Shown here: piece after piece, positions 1 through 14,145 of the stretch
Layout: every line of letters begins with the position of its first letter
Position numbering within the stretch: the first letter of the stretch is position 1
Source: Eledone cirrhosa
Taxonomy: Eukaryota
Length of the DNA: 64,000 nt
Direction of reading: 5' to 3'
Assembly (NCBI GenBank): GCA_964016885.1
Contig: OZ024759.1
Location: forward strand, 29,202,001 to 29,266,000
The notes under the pieces: generated by a model
The model's database searches: none
What the model was told of the DNA's origin: nothing
What the model saw: the letters and a program-made list of their open reading frames with translations, nothing else
Position numbers and translations under genes: made by a program

Positions 1-96
1 TGTATGTTATTGTTTGTGTTAGTATGTGTGTATTAGTGTCAGTGAAGGTGTTTGTGTTAGTATGTTTGATAGCTAACTATATCTGTCTATCTGTAG

Positions 97-262
97 AACA
101 ACACCAAACAAAAATGGAGACAAGAGTTTGTTGAGTTCTGTAATGCTGTACCAAACTTCCTCAACACATACGGTCTGTTGGCTTCTGAGAGAGAAAATGG
201 TAAAGCTGTTACTAAGAGAGAAATGGACAAACTAATTGAAGAGGAAAAACTATTGAATGCCA
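97..262 (+). CDS. CCDC172-like internal exon
   Basis: ctgtag|AAC...GCC A|gtaag, 166 nt open. Confidence 0.8.
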
Positions 263-2481
263 GTAAGATTTTGACTCTTGTGAAATCTGTGATTATTTTT
301 ATGATGAGGGTGTTATTTGTGTCATTTGGCTGCTATTTCTAGCAGGCCGAGTCACCATATTTCATCATCAATATCATTGTCATTGTTTTATGCCTGTCTT
401 TCCACCCTTGCAAGGGTTGGATGGGTCTATCCTTTACAGTTTTCTTTCACTCATGGTGTTCTTTTATCATCTCCTCTGTGAGCTTCAGTGATTTGAGATC
501 AGCTCTCACATCTGCCAAGGTCTTTCTTAGTCTTCGTCGACTGCTATTTACTTCCACTGGGATTTCTTAGCAGTTCTTCATCCATGTGCATCACATGTCC
601 ATACCAGTGCAGTCTTCTCTCCTGCATACTATATCTGATTTCTCTTATACTTAGTTCTTCATTGAACAGTCAACAACCATACACATCACATGTCCATACC
701 AGTGCAGTCTCCTCTCCTGCACACTACATCTGATTCCTCATATACTTAGTTCTTCACCCAACAGACTACATCCATACACATTACATGTCCATTCCAGTGC
801 AGTCTCCTCTCCAGCACACTACATCTGATTCCTCTTATATCCAGCTTTTCTCTCAGACCATCCATGTTTTGTTGTTCACACATATTAAGATCGCATATCC
901 AGCGAAGGATGATCACTTCATTTCTCTCCAGCCTTCACATATCCTCTACATTCGCTGCCCATGTCTCACTACCATGCAACATCACACATCACACATAAGT
1001 AGGAGGTATCATACAGTTGGCCTTTTGCTCATTGCGAGAAGCCAGTTGTTGTCAACACAGATAGTTGTTCCCTGACCCTTTTCCATCCTGTTCTTATTCT
1101 AGTTACTTTACTCTCCGAGCAGCCCACCTCACTGCTAATTAGATTACCTTCATTTGTTTAATATCTGCATTATATTTTTGTTTTTGTTTTTCTGTCAGCT
1201 TTCATTAAACTTAACCATTTTTAAAATCTGTGATTCTCTTAATCCTTCATTCTGCCACAATTATTCTCTCATTCCTATATTGTGTAAAAGACTTGAAGCA
1301 TTATGAAGATAAATCTGAAAAGCTGAATATTTTGAACAACCAACATCAACAACTTCAACACCAATTTGAAGAACAAAATAAGGAACTTGAAGGTATGTTT
1401 AATCTTACTTCCACACACATACATACTTAAATACATATACACATCATCCTCATTATTGTTTTAACATCTGATATCCCCACTAGCAAGGGTTGGACAGGTC
1501 TACATAGACTAAGTCAGTACTGAAGCGATGGCTACTAATCTCCCAGACAAGCCAGGGATCTGCTGTCTCACATTTTACCAAGTGCACAGGAGAGGTTGTC
1601 ATTTCTTTAACATGATTGAAGGGTCCTTTCAAACGTTTGTTTGGCAAGCTTTCTACAGCTGGATGCCTTTCCTAACACCAACCACTTTACAGCATATTCT
1701 GGGTGAATTTATCATGTAGATCATCACCAATTGTAGGGAAGTTGTCATATCCTTCACACGACTGAAGGGTCCTCCCTCCCATATATGAAATGTGTATGTC
1801 CTAACCAAAATTACCATAATAGTTGGTCACTATAAATAATCCTTCGCCCACTTGTTCCTGAGAATAAACCAAAATAGCTTAGTGCCGCAGAACGAGGGTC
1901 AATATCTGGTGGTTTGGTATCAAAAGGGTTTAATTTTGTCACTTTACAGATCTGGAGCTGGAGAAGGAGAAGTATTTTGACAAGTTAGAGAAGTTAACTG
2001 AAGAAAAAAAGGAAGTTGATTCTAAACCTAAAACTGATCCTTATTATTTGAGGTAAGGGACCATATTTGTTGTTGTTGTTGTTATTATTGTCAGGATTAT
2101 AACATCCTCGGTCTTTGTCACAAATGTTATTGTTCTTCCACTCTGCAGCACCGTGCACAGGTCATAATTGGATCATGAAACCCGAGGTAGCGCTTTTTGT
2201 TCCATGTATGAACATAAATAAATTATATATATATATATATCTCATCATCATCATCATTTTACGTCCGCTTTTCCCTGCTTGCAATATATTTACAATATAT
2301 TTATATTTAATCAACAGTGTAGATGTTGATGTAGTTGTTGTTGTTATTGTATTCCAGCCTCCACAGTGAAACTATCAACCAACAGAGGGAGTATGACCAG
2401 TTGAGGAAACAGTGTGAAGAGAAACTCTCACAGTTGCAACAACTTCAACAGAGAAACAGATCAAAACATCGACCAAATTAA
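97..2481 (+). CDS. 3' part of a spliced coiled-coil protein gene, CCDC172-like (exons 97-262, 1291-1392, 1950-2052, 2358-2481; 5' exons outside window)
   Basis: Four AG/GT-bounded exons join in phase (0-1,1-1,1-2,2-stop) to give NNTKQKWRQEFVEFCNAVPNFLNTYGLLASERENGKAVTKREMDKLIEEEKLLNANLKHYEDKSEKLNILNNQHQQLQHQFEEQNKELEDLELEKEKYFDKLEKLTEEKKEVDSKPKTDPYYLSLHSETINQQREYDQLRKQCEEKLSQLQQLQQRNRSKHRPN*. The sequence is heptad-rich. Motif spacing (F..F...Y, KPxxDxxxLxL) resembles CCDC172 as recalled; needs BLAST. Confidence 0.8.
362..1150 (-). mobile_element. RTE-clade LINE 3' fragment with an internal threefold tandem duplication
   Basis: Reverse complement of the 56100-56660 element (L.WYGHV segment repeated three times); (GAT)n tail at ~362-385. 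Confidence 0.8.
1291..1392 (+). CDS. CCDC172-like internal exon
   Basis: aaag|AC TTG AAG...GAA G|gtatgt, 102 nt. Confidence 0.8.
1950..2052 (+). CDS. CCDC172-like internal exon
   Basis: ttacag|AT CTG GAG...TTG AG|gtaagg, 103 nt. Confidence 0.8.
2358..2481 (+). CDS. CCDC172-like terminal coding exon
   Basis: ttccag|C CTC CAC...AAT TAA. Confidence 0.8.
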
Positions 2482-2497
2482 GCTAAACCTTCATTAC

Positions 2498-2503
2498 AAT
2501 AAA
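2498..2503 (+). terminator. polyadenylation signal AATAAA of the CCDC172-like gene
   Basis: AATAAA 17 nt after the stop codon, followed by GT/AT-rich sequence. Confidence 0.55.
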
Positions 2504-2533
2504 CTATATCTCATGTGTGTATATATATATATA

Positions 2534-2728
2534 TCAGACTTGCCAACCCCTAAAAGCCCAAATGGGGAGTACCTTGATTAAAAGTACCCTAGTATGGGAA
2601 GAAATGAGGCAAAATTGGGGAGATTTTATATAATGAAAGCTATACCCATTTTCACAAGAGAAGACATCTTTCATTCACCCTAAAGTGGGTAGATCTCCCT
2701 GTCGGACAGGGAGAGTCGACAGGTCTGA
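2534..2728. mobile_element. short non-autonomous DNA transposon (hAT-like ends)
   Basis: imperfect TIRs CAGACTTGCCAAC / GTCGACAGGTCTG, flanked by TA runs. Confidence 0.5.
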
Positions 2729-4749
2729 TATATATATATTCCAAAATGGGTGATTGAATACACACGTTTTTCTGAAAAATAAAAAAATTCTGTTCCTTCC
2801 TCTTCTCAGTCTCGATCTTTCTATATCATCTTTTATTTCTCTTTCTAACTTCTGATAAAGGACTGGTGTCCGGAATGTTAAAAATCTTTTCCTACTATAT
2901 CAAGCATTAAACTAATATATTTCTTCACTGTACTGTGTCGTTTGCTTTATTATTTCTATCTACTTTTTGCATAAGGAAGTGAGATTAGTGATGAATTCAT
3001 GGTACAGGTAGGAGTTTATCAAGGTGCTTAGTCAACTGTTGTTCATCATAGTTTCCCAGGCCATAACGCAGGAGTTTGAAACTGAATCTAAATGATGAAC
3101 CAAAAGCTTGATCAAGTTCAAATCATTTATTCACCCCCCTCCCCATCTTTTACTCCACTAGACAGAGAGACGGGTTTTATTCGTACATCTTTTTACAACA
3201 TAATTCTAGTATACGTATTTCGAAGATGTCAGAGTGATTACATACGTCCTTTCTAACAGGGTGTCATGTATTTTAACGCCGATGAAACAGTACGGTATAC
3301 GACGTGTGAGTGTGGAAATAAGTATTAATGGTGAAATGGGAAGCGAGTGCAGCAAGGGAAAATCTGTATCAGTTTTCACTCACCTGGTTAGTTTAATTGT
3401 CCACAAGACATACCCCATTGCTATAGGCTCACCAGAATATAAGATGAAAATTGGAGTCATTATAAATAAAAAATAATTACTTTTTTCAAGGGACGTAACT
3501 GCGGCAATTACCAAGGGAAATAAGTCGTACTTTCTCAAGGGAGATAATATTGCCTATATATAATTTTTTTTAGGAAGAATTGCGTACTTAATTCAATATA
3601 TAGAGCAAACTTATGACCAAAGACATTTCGCCGATGGCCACTGCGTCTATTTGTGGACTAATTAGGACTACTTCAACGCCCTCTTCCATTTAACATATCA
3701 ATGCCCCCAGTTTCCATAAAACAGGAAATAAATCCAATAGCAAGTATGTTTAAACATGTTATCTTGGACACAGGATCGCTTCGCATATCCTTGTGAGTAA
3801 AATTGAGTTGACAGGAGCTTCCTAAAAGCCCATCAGATGGGCTGTAGCTGCCATTCAAAAGTTCAGCTTTGTCACACTGAATCTATGTTTAAGGATACCC
3901 GCCTGTGGAATACTCAGCAACTTATATGCTAATCTAACGAGATGGCTATTTCACCGAAACATTAATAACGGATATACAAGACTGTGGAATACTCAGCCAC
4001 GTCATTAATTTCCCATGAACCCAAAATCTTTTATAATCCTACTAAAAGTAGTTAGTATTCTTTATGATATACATCAAATATATCAGCTACCCATACGATC
4101 ACTGTCCTAATGATACAAGCCTAGAAAGTGTGGGAGAACCACCTTTGACATGCAGAACCCCTGATACAAGTCGGCCGTCTCACAGCTGCAGTTTGTATAA
4201 TTAGGGTATTTGTATGCAAGCGTGGCAAGCCACATACATTCTAGTCATTAGAAAAAGTAAAATGAAGATGCTTCACCTACAAGGGAAGGATGACTTAAGA
4301 AGATTACAGAGGTCCTGAGAGCTACCCTAATGATAAAAGCCCAGACAATGTAGAGGAACCCTCGCCGACGTACAGAACACCAGACACAAGCTACTTCATG
4401 ATTGCAGCTTGTATAATTGGAATACTGATAGCTAATCCAATAATACAAGCCCATGTGAGGGAATGTTCTCTAACCTGCAAGACAAGTGTAAGCCACCTCA
4501 TGGTCCTAGTGGTTCGAATGGAGAAATCGTTAACCTCGAAAGATAGCGAGACACATTGGAATAAACATTCCAACTGGTAGGGCGCCTGACTCCACCCCAA
4601 CAGTAGTGAGTTATACTTGCTATATTTCATTCAATGTTTGTTTCTTGTTAATTAATTGCAAAAATAAAATGAATTAAAATTAATCTACCATCACTATTTA
4701 ACATCCATTTTCAATGCTAGCATGGGTTAGACAAGTGTCCTTTTCGTAT

Positions 4750-5035
4750 CTTCGAAGCATGTGGTTATATGACAGTTTCCCATTTCTTTACAGTCCTTTG
4801 CATTATTATAAAATTCTGCAAGATCTTTTAAGCTGCACTGGTTGGGTAGTAGAGGGCAAACAAGGCAGTGCTGCATCGTATGGTCCTCCTCTCCGCAGAT
4901 TGTTGGGCCGGTCTTGTAGCCCCATCTGGCCATAGAAGCTTTTGATCGCCCCATTCCTATTCTCAGGCTGTTGAGTGTCTTCCACTGGACCCATGGTGCT
5001 TCTGAGCCAGGAGTGTCCTGTTGTGAGACAAGACA
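4750..5035 (-). mobile_element. LINE 3' fragment with C-terminal zinc knuckle (Vingi/Ingi- or RTEX-like)
   Basis: GRSKASMARWGY...CGEEDHTMQHCLVCPLL remnant. Confidence 0.6.
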
Positions 5036-5267
5036 GCTCAGGTAATAACTGTCATGCTAAGACAGAACTGTTTTAAAGAGTTTGAGAGGTTTGACAACTA
5101 TTTCTAGCAGATTGAACAATTGCATAAAGGGTCCCTTAGCTACACTCACACACGTGATTGTGCATGTATATATATTATATATCGAACTTTCTTCCCTTTC
5201 CAATACAAAGCGTGAAACTAATAAGACTAAGAGAGAGAGTGAGAGACAGGATGGGGAGAGGGGACTT

Positions 5268-5305
<38 letters not shown>

Positions 5306-7356
5306 AGTGATATCATTCATCATTTAGAGTAACGTTACTCGATAGAATGCTTAGCTCAGCGAACAGAGTCACTCCAAGTAGAGCTGCAACTTCTCCGAAT
5401 AGAGAGATCACAGCTCTGATACTATGGGCTGTGGTTACAATGTCTAAGGAAAAAATTGCTGGACAGATTTTATGGGCAAAACCAACCGACAAGAACTACA
5501 GTCTGTAGTACGTCCTACAACATGGGCAAAGAATAAAAGACAGATAGAAACCAACCTAGATGTATTGTTGATCACCTACCTTAGCCTCATTATGTCTGAC
5601 AGGAAAAGAGTGAATTAGTCGGAGCTGTCAGGGAGATCTGTTGCTGAGGCAGCCTCTCATTTCTAACATCAGGATGAGATGGAACCAACTTAGAAAAGAG
5701 AGAATACAGAAGAAAGAAACACACATACAACTAAACAAGATATTACTTTCATCTTTCTTTATCCCATAACTCCTGAGGGAGTCGTGGGGGCACCATAGCA
5801 TACAGCGTTTCTAGGCCATTTTAAGCCTGGCGGAGCCCATCTCCTCTCTAGGTCTGAACCCAGCAGATTTCTTCCAGAGAAAGATAGAGAGAAGTGAGAA
5901 AGAAACGATCCCAGTAGTTGACTGGTTCTTTTTTTTATCAACCTTGAATGGATGAAAAGCAAAATTGACCTTGGGGGAGATTGAGACAGGGGTACAGAGG
6001 AAGAATCGACCCCAGTACTTGACTGGTACTTTTTTTATCGATCTTAAATGGATGAAAGGCAAAGTTCACCTCGGCAGGATTTGAACTTAGACTGAAGGAG
6101 ACAGAGATAGAGTGAGAGAATGGAAGTGAGAGAGAGAGATATATAGGATGAATCGACCCCTGTAAGAGACTGATACTTTTGTTTTTTACCAAGCTCGTAA
6201 GGGTGAAAAACAAAGTCAACCTTGGCGAGATTTGAACTCAGGGAGCAGAAAGCCAGAATGAATACAGCCAAGTATTCTATCCAACGTTCTAATGACTTTG
6301 CCAATTCACCGCCTTTAAATATTACATTACAAACAAACCAACCCACAAACCCCCCAACCAACAAGCAAAAAATAAAAAAAATAAAATAAAATAAACAAAA
6401 AAAGCATATATTGTAAATTGTCCAGGTATATTTTTTTGTTTCTATTTTTTATGAAAAAAGTAAATTAAAAAAAAACAACTAATTAACAAACTAGTAAAAA
6501 AAGAGCCAGCGAGAGAGGAGAGAGATTGATGTTAAAAAAAAGGGATAAGTCCAATGAAATGTGGGAAGGTTTGACTGTGATTTTTAGAGAAAACTTTAAT
6601 GCATTATTTTTGGAAAAACAGTAGCAGAAGATTTTTACCTTTTTTCTTGTTTTTGTTGTTTTTCTTGAGATTTTTTTTTTAATATATATATTTTTATTTT
6701 TTATATCATTTTTTTTAAATTTTTTTCTTTCTTTTCTTCAAAACAGACTACAGAAGAAGCTACAATCCTCAGCTGTCTGGGATAGGGTAGGGTATTGTGG
6801 AGTTAGGGTTGGGGCGGGACAGGATTAGAGGATGACAGGGTTGGGGGGCAAAGAGGTTTTTTTGGGAGGTGTGTGGATGGGGGTGAGATGGGTTTTGTAG
6901 GAGAGGGCAAGGGGGGGCGTTTAAAAAAATTTTATTTTATTTTATCCTTTTTTGTAAATTTGTTTACAATATTATTTTTGGTTGTCTTGTCTTCAACTTT
7001 TCTTTATTCCTTCCTTTCTTCATCATCATCATCATCATCATGCGATCCCTCATTAACATCTCACCATATGATCCATCACCACCATCACCACGTGATCCAT
7101 CATCATCATCGTTATCATGCGATCCATCATCATCATCATCATCATCAATATTATTAGGTCTTTTATCATCATCACATTCTTCATCAACTCTCTCCTCCGT
7201 CTGTCCGTCCATCCGTCAACAACTGACCCCAAGAATCCTTACACACAATTCTCCCTCCATGTTGGCTGACACAGATGACAATGATTCAGCAACTGATGAA
7301 TTATTATGTAATATTATATATATAAACATATATATATATAAACATATATATATATA

Positions 7357-7413
<57 letters not shown>

Positions 7414-7573
7414 CCTATAAGCCAATACAGAAATCATTATTATTATTATTATATATTCTTTCTAACTGTGGCCTAAGGCCAGCTATTTGAGGGCAGGGGA
7501 AAGCTTATTATATCAACCCCAGTACTTAACTCCTACTTTATTTCATTGAAACGCCCTTGGTGTGTGTGATAGC

Positions 7574-7605
<32 letters not shown>

Positions 7606-8860
7606 GAATAAAGAAACGATTTCTAATTTACACACAAGGCCTGCAATTTGCGGGTAGGATGGAAAAAAAAAATCAATTCTATCGACCCCAGTATTTAACT
7701 GGTACTTTATTTTATCAACCTTGGAAAGATGGATGAAAGGCAAAGTTGACCAAAATGGTTTGTAAAGAACCCAAACAAATACTGCCAAACATTTTGTCCG
7801 ACATTCATGATTCCTCTGCTGCCGATCCACCACCTGAGAAAATTAGGTAATAATGGTTTCTTATATAGGCACAAGGCCAGCAATTTTGGGGGAAGGGGAA
7901 AGTCGATTAAATCGACCCCAGTGCATGACTGGTACTTTATTTTATCGATCCCATAAGGATGAAATGCAAAGTTAACCTTGACGGGATTTGAACTCAGATC
8001 ATAAAGGGGCCGTAACTCTATGATGCAAAGCATGTTGTCCGACGCTCTACCAATACTGCCAATCGACCGAGGTAATAATGGCTAGAAGCAGGGGACAGTT
8101 TGTAAACAAAGCATTTAGTCGCTGGTGAGTTGACCTTTCAGAGAGAGACACACACACACATATATATAATGTACATAAATACATATGTAGAGAGAGAAAG
8201 AGGGAGAGTGTGAGGGAAAGAATGACAGGTAGAGAGATGGTGAGCAAGAGGTGGCGATAGAGTGACATGTTGAGAGAGGGGGAAAGAAAGAGTGACATGT
8301 TGAGAGAGGGGGGAAAGAAAGACTGACAGGTAGAAGAGAAATATAAGCAAAACAAACAATTTTTTTTTAAAAACCAAAAATGAAATTAATTTGATCTGAG
8401 AATGCAGTGAACCAGCACAAATACTGCAAGGTATTTAATCCTATGTTGTAAATGACTGGCAATTGGTTGCAAATGTAAGAATAAATCACAGAAAACAAAC
8501 GAGAAATCAAACAAAACAAAGTAGGAAAAAAAAAAAGGAAATTGAACTTAAAGATTGAAAAAAAAAAAAAAAATAACCAGGAACTTTCTATAATAATGCA
8601 AATCTCCCTCTCTCTCTATATATATATAGATATACATACACACACACATATACATACATATATATATATATACACATTCATATATATACACATATACATG
8701 TATTTCCCAGGGGGTAGCTGATGAGGAAGATAGATGTTTTTGTTCGTTTGCCCCATGTATTTTGTTTTTTGAGTGAAACTGACATAACCCTGCCACAAAA
8801 ATACGTATTATGTAATTAGGAACAATAAAGGAAGATATTGGAATCTGGGTTATCCTATAT

Positions 8861-8891
<31 letters not shown>

Positions 8892-9673
8892 AAGAGAGCG
8901 TGTGTGAGTGGTGTGTGGAATCAAGCAAGTATTGGTCAAAATGTTTGAACAGCTTTAGAGAAAAATCCAAATCAAAAATTTTGCCATGTTTGAATTTTAT
9001 TAAAAAAAAAACCCCCAAAAAACCAGTAAACATACCATTCCAACATTGATACAGAGAGGGGGAGGGACAAAGAGTATGAGGAGGGAGAGAATAAGTGCAG
9101 GACAGAGTATAGGGAGAGGAAGAGACTGAGCGAGTACAGGGAGGAGGAGAGAGACAGAGTGAGAGACACAAACAATAGGGAGGAGGAGAGAGACAAAGAG
9201 TGTAGGGAGAGGAATACAATGGAAGCCAAGAGAGAAATAGGATTCCCCTCTCACAAACCACTCCTCACCATAGTTCCACCAACCCCCTCTCTCCACCCCG
9301 CAACAAGCCTTACCCTCAATCCATCACTATAAACCCCCACCCACATATACAGGAATGCTGATTAGTTTTTTTTAGGGCCACCCCTCTTCACTGCTGTCCT
9401 GGCCAGGAGAACAGTGTCCCCTAATTGTTTTGTTCATGTCCATCACTCTCATAATTATTACATCACGCTTGACTGAACTTATCTTCACCCACACCTTCCA
9501 CCTCCAGTAGCAAGCAACAGAACTGTGCCTCCCACCTTCTCTCTCCAGAACCAACACCACTATCACCACCTTGACCAACATTACTGCCAACATGCCAAAA
9601 GATGGCTGCACATGTTGAAGAACCTTAAATATGTTAGAACCTTTGGTAAGTTATGTTCCAAACACCAAATTAA

Positions 9674-9884
9674 CCCTTTAGCATTTACATTACTCTACAT
9701 TTTCTATTATATTTCCATCGTAAAGTCTTTGCCTCACATAATTATCTCCCATAATATCGAGTGTCTGAGATTTTCATATTAATTATTTTGAGAACAATAC
9801 CTTAACATGAGTATGAGCAGCCAGTTACAACAGAAAGAGGTGAGAGAAGACTGGCTGGACACAGCTGGTTTAACTGCTAAAGGG
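9674..9884. mobile_element. piggyBac-type MITE
   Basis: TIR CCCTTTAGCA/TGCTAAAGGG with TTAA on both sides; other copies 27277-27485, 30192-30403 (truncated), 22134-22308 (truncated). Confidence 0.85.
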
Positions 9885-10234
9885 TTAATAATGAGAAAGT
9901 TAGTTGTATTAGGAAACCTTTCTAAATTCTTGATTAGTTTCATAAAACCATTAGAAAACCACAGGCAGTATCTTTTTAAAGAAACATGGGAACAAAATCG
10001 TTAACAATATCTTGACAGTAAGGAATTTTTTCATCCACATCACACACACACACCTCCTCAAGACTGGCTCTAAAGCTGGAAAGCCCCACCATCATCACAC
10101 CACTACAGCCACTGCTATTGCACCTCCATCAAACACACCATCACGCTATTACAAGCACCACCATGGTGGAAACCTCACCATCACCATGCCGCTATATGAT
10201 ACACACAACCAATCAATGCCTGCCTTCTTTGTGT

Positions 10235-10349
<115 letters not shown>

Positions 10350-10684
10350 CATGATGGCTGCAAACTCACACTAAGATATACATATATACATACATATATG
10401 TTTATACACACATGTGTGAGTATGTATGTATGTATGTATGTATACATGTGTTGTATGTGTACCCTGTTTAGAATAGGTAGAAGGTAATCCTGCATGTTGT
10501 AAAAGGCAACCAAAAGGGTTATTGCTAGAAAGGGCATCTGGTTGTAAAAAATATTTCCTCAAAAAAGGACCCTATCACGAGTAAGAAAATTATCATAAGG
10601 GGCCTCTGTGAGGGAAACTGACCTTAAAAAATATAGCAGTGGTAGCAGCCACTTCCTCCACTGGCTGGCTGGTTGTAGGGCTAA

Positions 10685-10857
10685 AACTCCCACGGACAGG
10701 CTGGCTGGCTCTAGGGCTAAAACCCCCACCAGCTGGCTGGCAGTTGGGCTAAGACCCCCGCCAGCTGGCTGGCAGTTGGGCTAAGACCCCACCAGCTGGC
10801 TGGCTGTAGGGCTAAGACCACCACCAGCTGGCTGGCTGCAGGGCTATGACCCCCACC
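10685..10857. repeat. ~32-bp GC-rich minisatellite downstream of the XPO7 stop
   Basis: CTGGCTGGC..GGGCTAAGACCCCCACCAG, about 5 copies. Confidence 0.85.
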
Positions 10858-11275
10858 ATCAACATCACATCACCATACCACCCTACAGTCGATCCATACA
10901 TGACATCCACTGCCTATATACATATATATATATTATATATAATACAAACGAAGAGAGAAAATGGCAGTAACTTGTTCTGTTGTTGTTTCCATTTTTCTGT
11001 TTCAGTAAATTCTTAAAAATTTTTTTTCTTTTTCATCAATCATCAATCATTGTCTACATTTAGCAGCATCGACAGTAGTAGTAGTAGTAGTAGTAGTAGC
11101 TGTGGAGATGATTTCACAGTGGTGGTGGTGTTGTAGTTATTGCTGTAGTAATAGTAGAGGCAATGACTGAGCTGTGAGAGAGAGAGAGAGACGAAGAAGA
11201 GCAACAAGACGAAGGAGGTGGTGGTGGATGATGATGATGATGATGATGTCAAGGAGGAGTAGGAGGAGGAGGTCG

Positions 11276-11390
11276 CTATGTGTAGCTCATCATGTCTAGA
11301 GAGGCTGAAGAGGCAGGTATCGTGCTGTTGCTGGGTGTTTTCAGACTGTCGTTAACATCTCGCCGAAACACTGACAAATTCTGGGTAAAC
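11276..11390 (-). CDS. XPO7: XPO7 terminal coding exon [17 protein letters not shown]...MSYT*
   Basis: tttcag|G TTT ACC; stop TAG 11276-11278; matches conserved RFTQNLS.FRR..ND. Confidence 0.95.
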
Positions 11391-13274
11391 CTGAAACGAC
11401 ACACAAAAGGTCACAAAATCTCAAAACAAGGTCACAAAATCTCAAAACAGGGTCACAAAAACTTAAAACAGGGTCACAAAAGGTCGCCAATTCTCAAAAC
11501 AAAGTCAGGAGGTTTAAAAAAATAAATAGTAATAAATGTACACCTGTATTTGATGACTGAAAATGGCTAAAACCTGGGACTTGTATGCAAATTTGAAATA
11601 TCCGGTGGCAACAGCAGTTGTAGTAGTTAGGGTGGTAGTTGTAGTAGTTAGGGTGGTAGTAATTGTTTCTACTTTTAGGTACAAGGTCAGCAATTTAAAG
11701 GGAAAGGGAAAGTCAATTAAATTGACCCCAGTGCATTATTGCTACTTTATTTTATTGATTCTGTAAGGATGAAAGGCAAAACTAACCTCAGAGAGATTTG
11801 AACTCAAAACATAAAGAGACGTAATTATATGCCACAAAGCATGTTGTCTGACGCTCTACCAACACCTCCAATCCTCTGCTTTGTTTTCCTATTAGTTTTG
11901 GAAGATTATTAACACAAAATTGTTTGTTGAAACAGATGTTTTGTAGGGCCATGCTACCCATTAAAGTAAACAAACTTAGGGTTAGCCAGGCGGTAAGTTA
12001 GCCTTGCAGGCCCTGGGCCTCATAACAAGCTTAACCCTTTTTGGGCTATGGAACTCCCTGAAACTAACCAGTGTACTGTGATAGAAAACTAGTTTATTTT
12101 AAAGTGTTTTTTCTACTTTTGACACAAAGCCAGCAATTATTCCAGTGCATTACTGGTGTCTTATTTTATCAACCCCGTAAAGATGACAGGCAAAGTTAAT
12201 CTTGGTGGGATTTGAACTCAGACCATAAAGGGCCGTAACTCTATGCTGCAAAGCATGGCGTCCGAAACTCTACCGATACTGCCAATCCACCGCCATTAAG
12301 GGGTTAATAATAACACGTGTGTGTGTATGTGTATCTACTTCTCCTTTCCAATACAGATTAACAACAATAACATCATTAACTTAACATCACCACCACTTGA
12401 CATGATCCAATAATTGGAGGCCCTTAATAGCCTGCCCCTCGACCCGAAATATATTGTTGAATAATTGAAAAACCATTTGATCATTTAGACATGTTTACGC
12501 GTCTCGTAATATAGAGATATGTTAAACTGTTAATATAACCGCCTTATATATATATATATATATATATCATCATTATATATACTAACAAAATTAAAGATGT
12601 CATGTCTGAGAATATCAGAAGCATACGCCATACCACCTGTAGTAGAAGCTCAAAGATTCTAAGGAATAAATCCAAGCATTTATTAAAAATTTAATTAAAG
12701 GTCGATTAACATATATATATATATATATATATAATAAACATATCAAACATTGACAGGGGATAATTTGTAAAGAGTGTAAGCACACATAGTTACGGAGATA
12801 TATTAAAATTTAATGAGAACTTTGAATATATATACCTTTGTAATATATTCCATTCAAGAAATATATTTCACCATTAACAGGTGAATTATATATATATATG
12901 TGTATGTGTGTGTGTGTATGTATGTCCTCCAGATTTTTGCAAAATTGTCGAGTTAGCCAACAGCATATCAACCCACCCACATAATTGTTAATGTGATGTC
13001 ACACTGATGCAAGTGGCTGTTGTAACAATTGCACAACAGCTCTATGCTGGTGTTACAGAAATACGTATAAGAAAAAAATATGATTATGTAACTTCCATTT
13101 TAACATTTCACACACACATATTGTATTTGTAAATGATCACTGAAACACCAGGAAAAAGTGTTTGTGCAAAAAAAAAAAAAAAAAGGTAAAAACAATAAAA
13201 AATAACAGCAAAGATGAAGATAACAGACAAAAACTTCTTTAGTATTCTAATAAATTCATATCTCAAACAATATA

Positions 13275-13316
<42 letters not shown>

Positions 13317-14090
13317 CATCTTATACATTATATACATTATATACATACATTATATAAAGAAAAGCCTATTGTTAGATCACACCAAAAAAAAAAAAAAAAA
13401 CGCTTCCATTAGTCTTTCAATGGATGAAACTATCGTTTGTAACTCCTGGTAAAAGGAGTAACGTGGAATAAAATATTTTGCTAAAGATTAAAACACTGCT
13501 TGGTTCATAGATGGAACACACAGCCTTATGATCAAGACTCTAACACCCTGACCACTAGGCTACATGCCTTCACATTATATGTGTGTATATGTGTGTGTAT
13601 ATATATATATATATATATACATACACACATATATAAATATATATATATATATATATAAATATATATTCACAATATACACACACACACACACATATATATA
13701 TAATATATTCAACAAAAATATATAAAATATTAAAATAAAATAAACATTCATTTTTTTCTTACAAAAATTTCACTTTAATACATTCAATAACTTCAGATTA
13801 AAAACAAATAATTTGAATAAATACGTACATATATATATATATATACACATATATATATCTACACACATATATATATATATACATATATAAAGATGGAGTG
13901 AGTGGTGGGAGCAGAGAAGACATAGTGAACATAACCACAATATATATAGAAAAATGTGAAAAACAAGACCATTGTCCATATTTTCCCTGCCTCACACACA
14001 TAGTCCGGTTTGATTTAATTTAGTTTGGTTTGGTTTGGTTTGGTTTAGTTTAATCTTTTGAACCTTTGTTGTTATTATTATTGCTGCTGC

Positions 14091-14145
<55 letters not shown>

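Noticed and set aside
4080-4680. possible solo LTR
   Set aside because: No clear TG..CA ends with a target-site duplication and no second copy in the window.
6873-7357. His-, Asp- or Ser-rich ORFs
   Set aside because: (CAT)n microsatellite translations in the probable XPO7 3' UTR or intergenic region.
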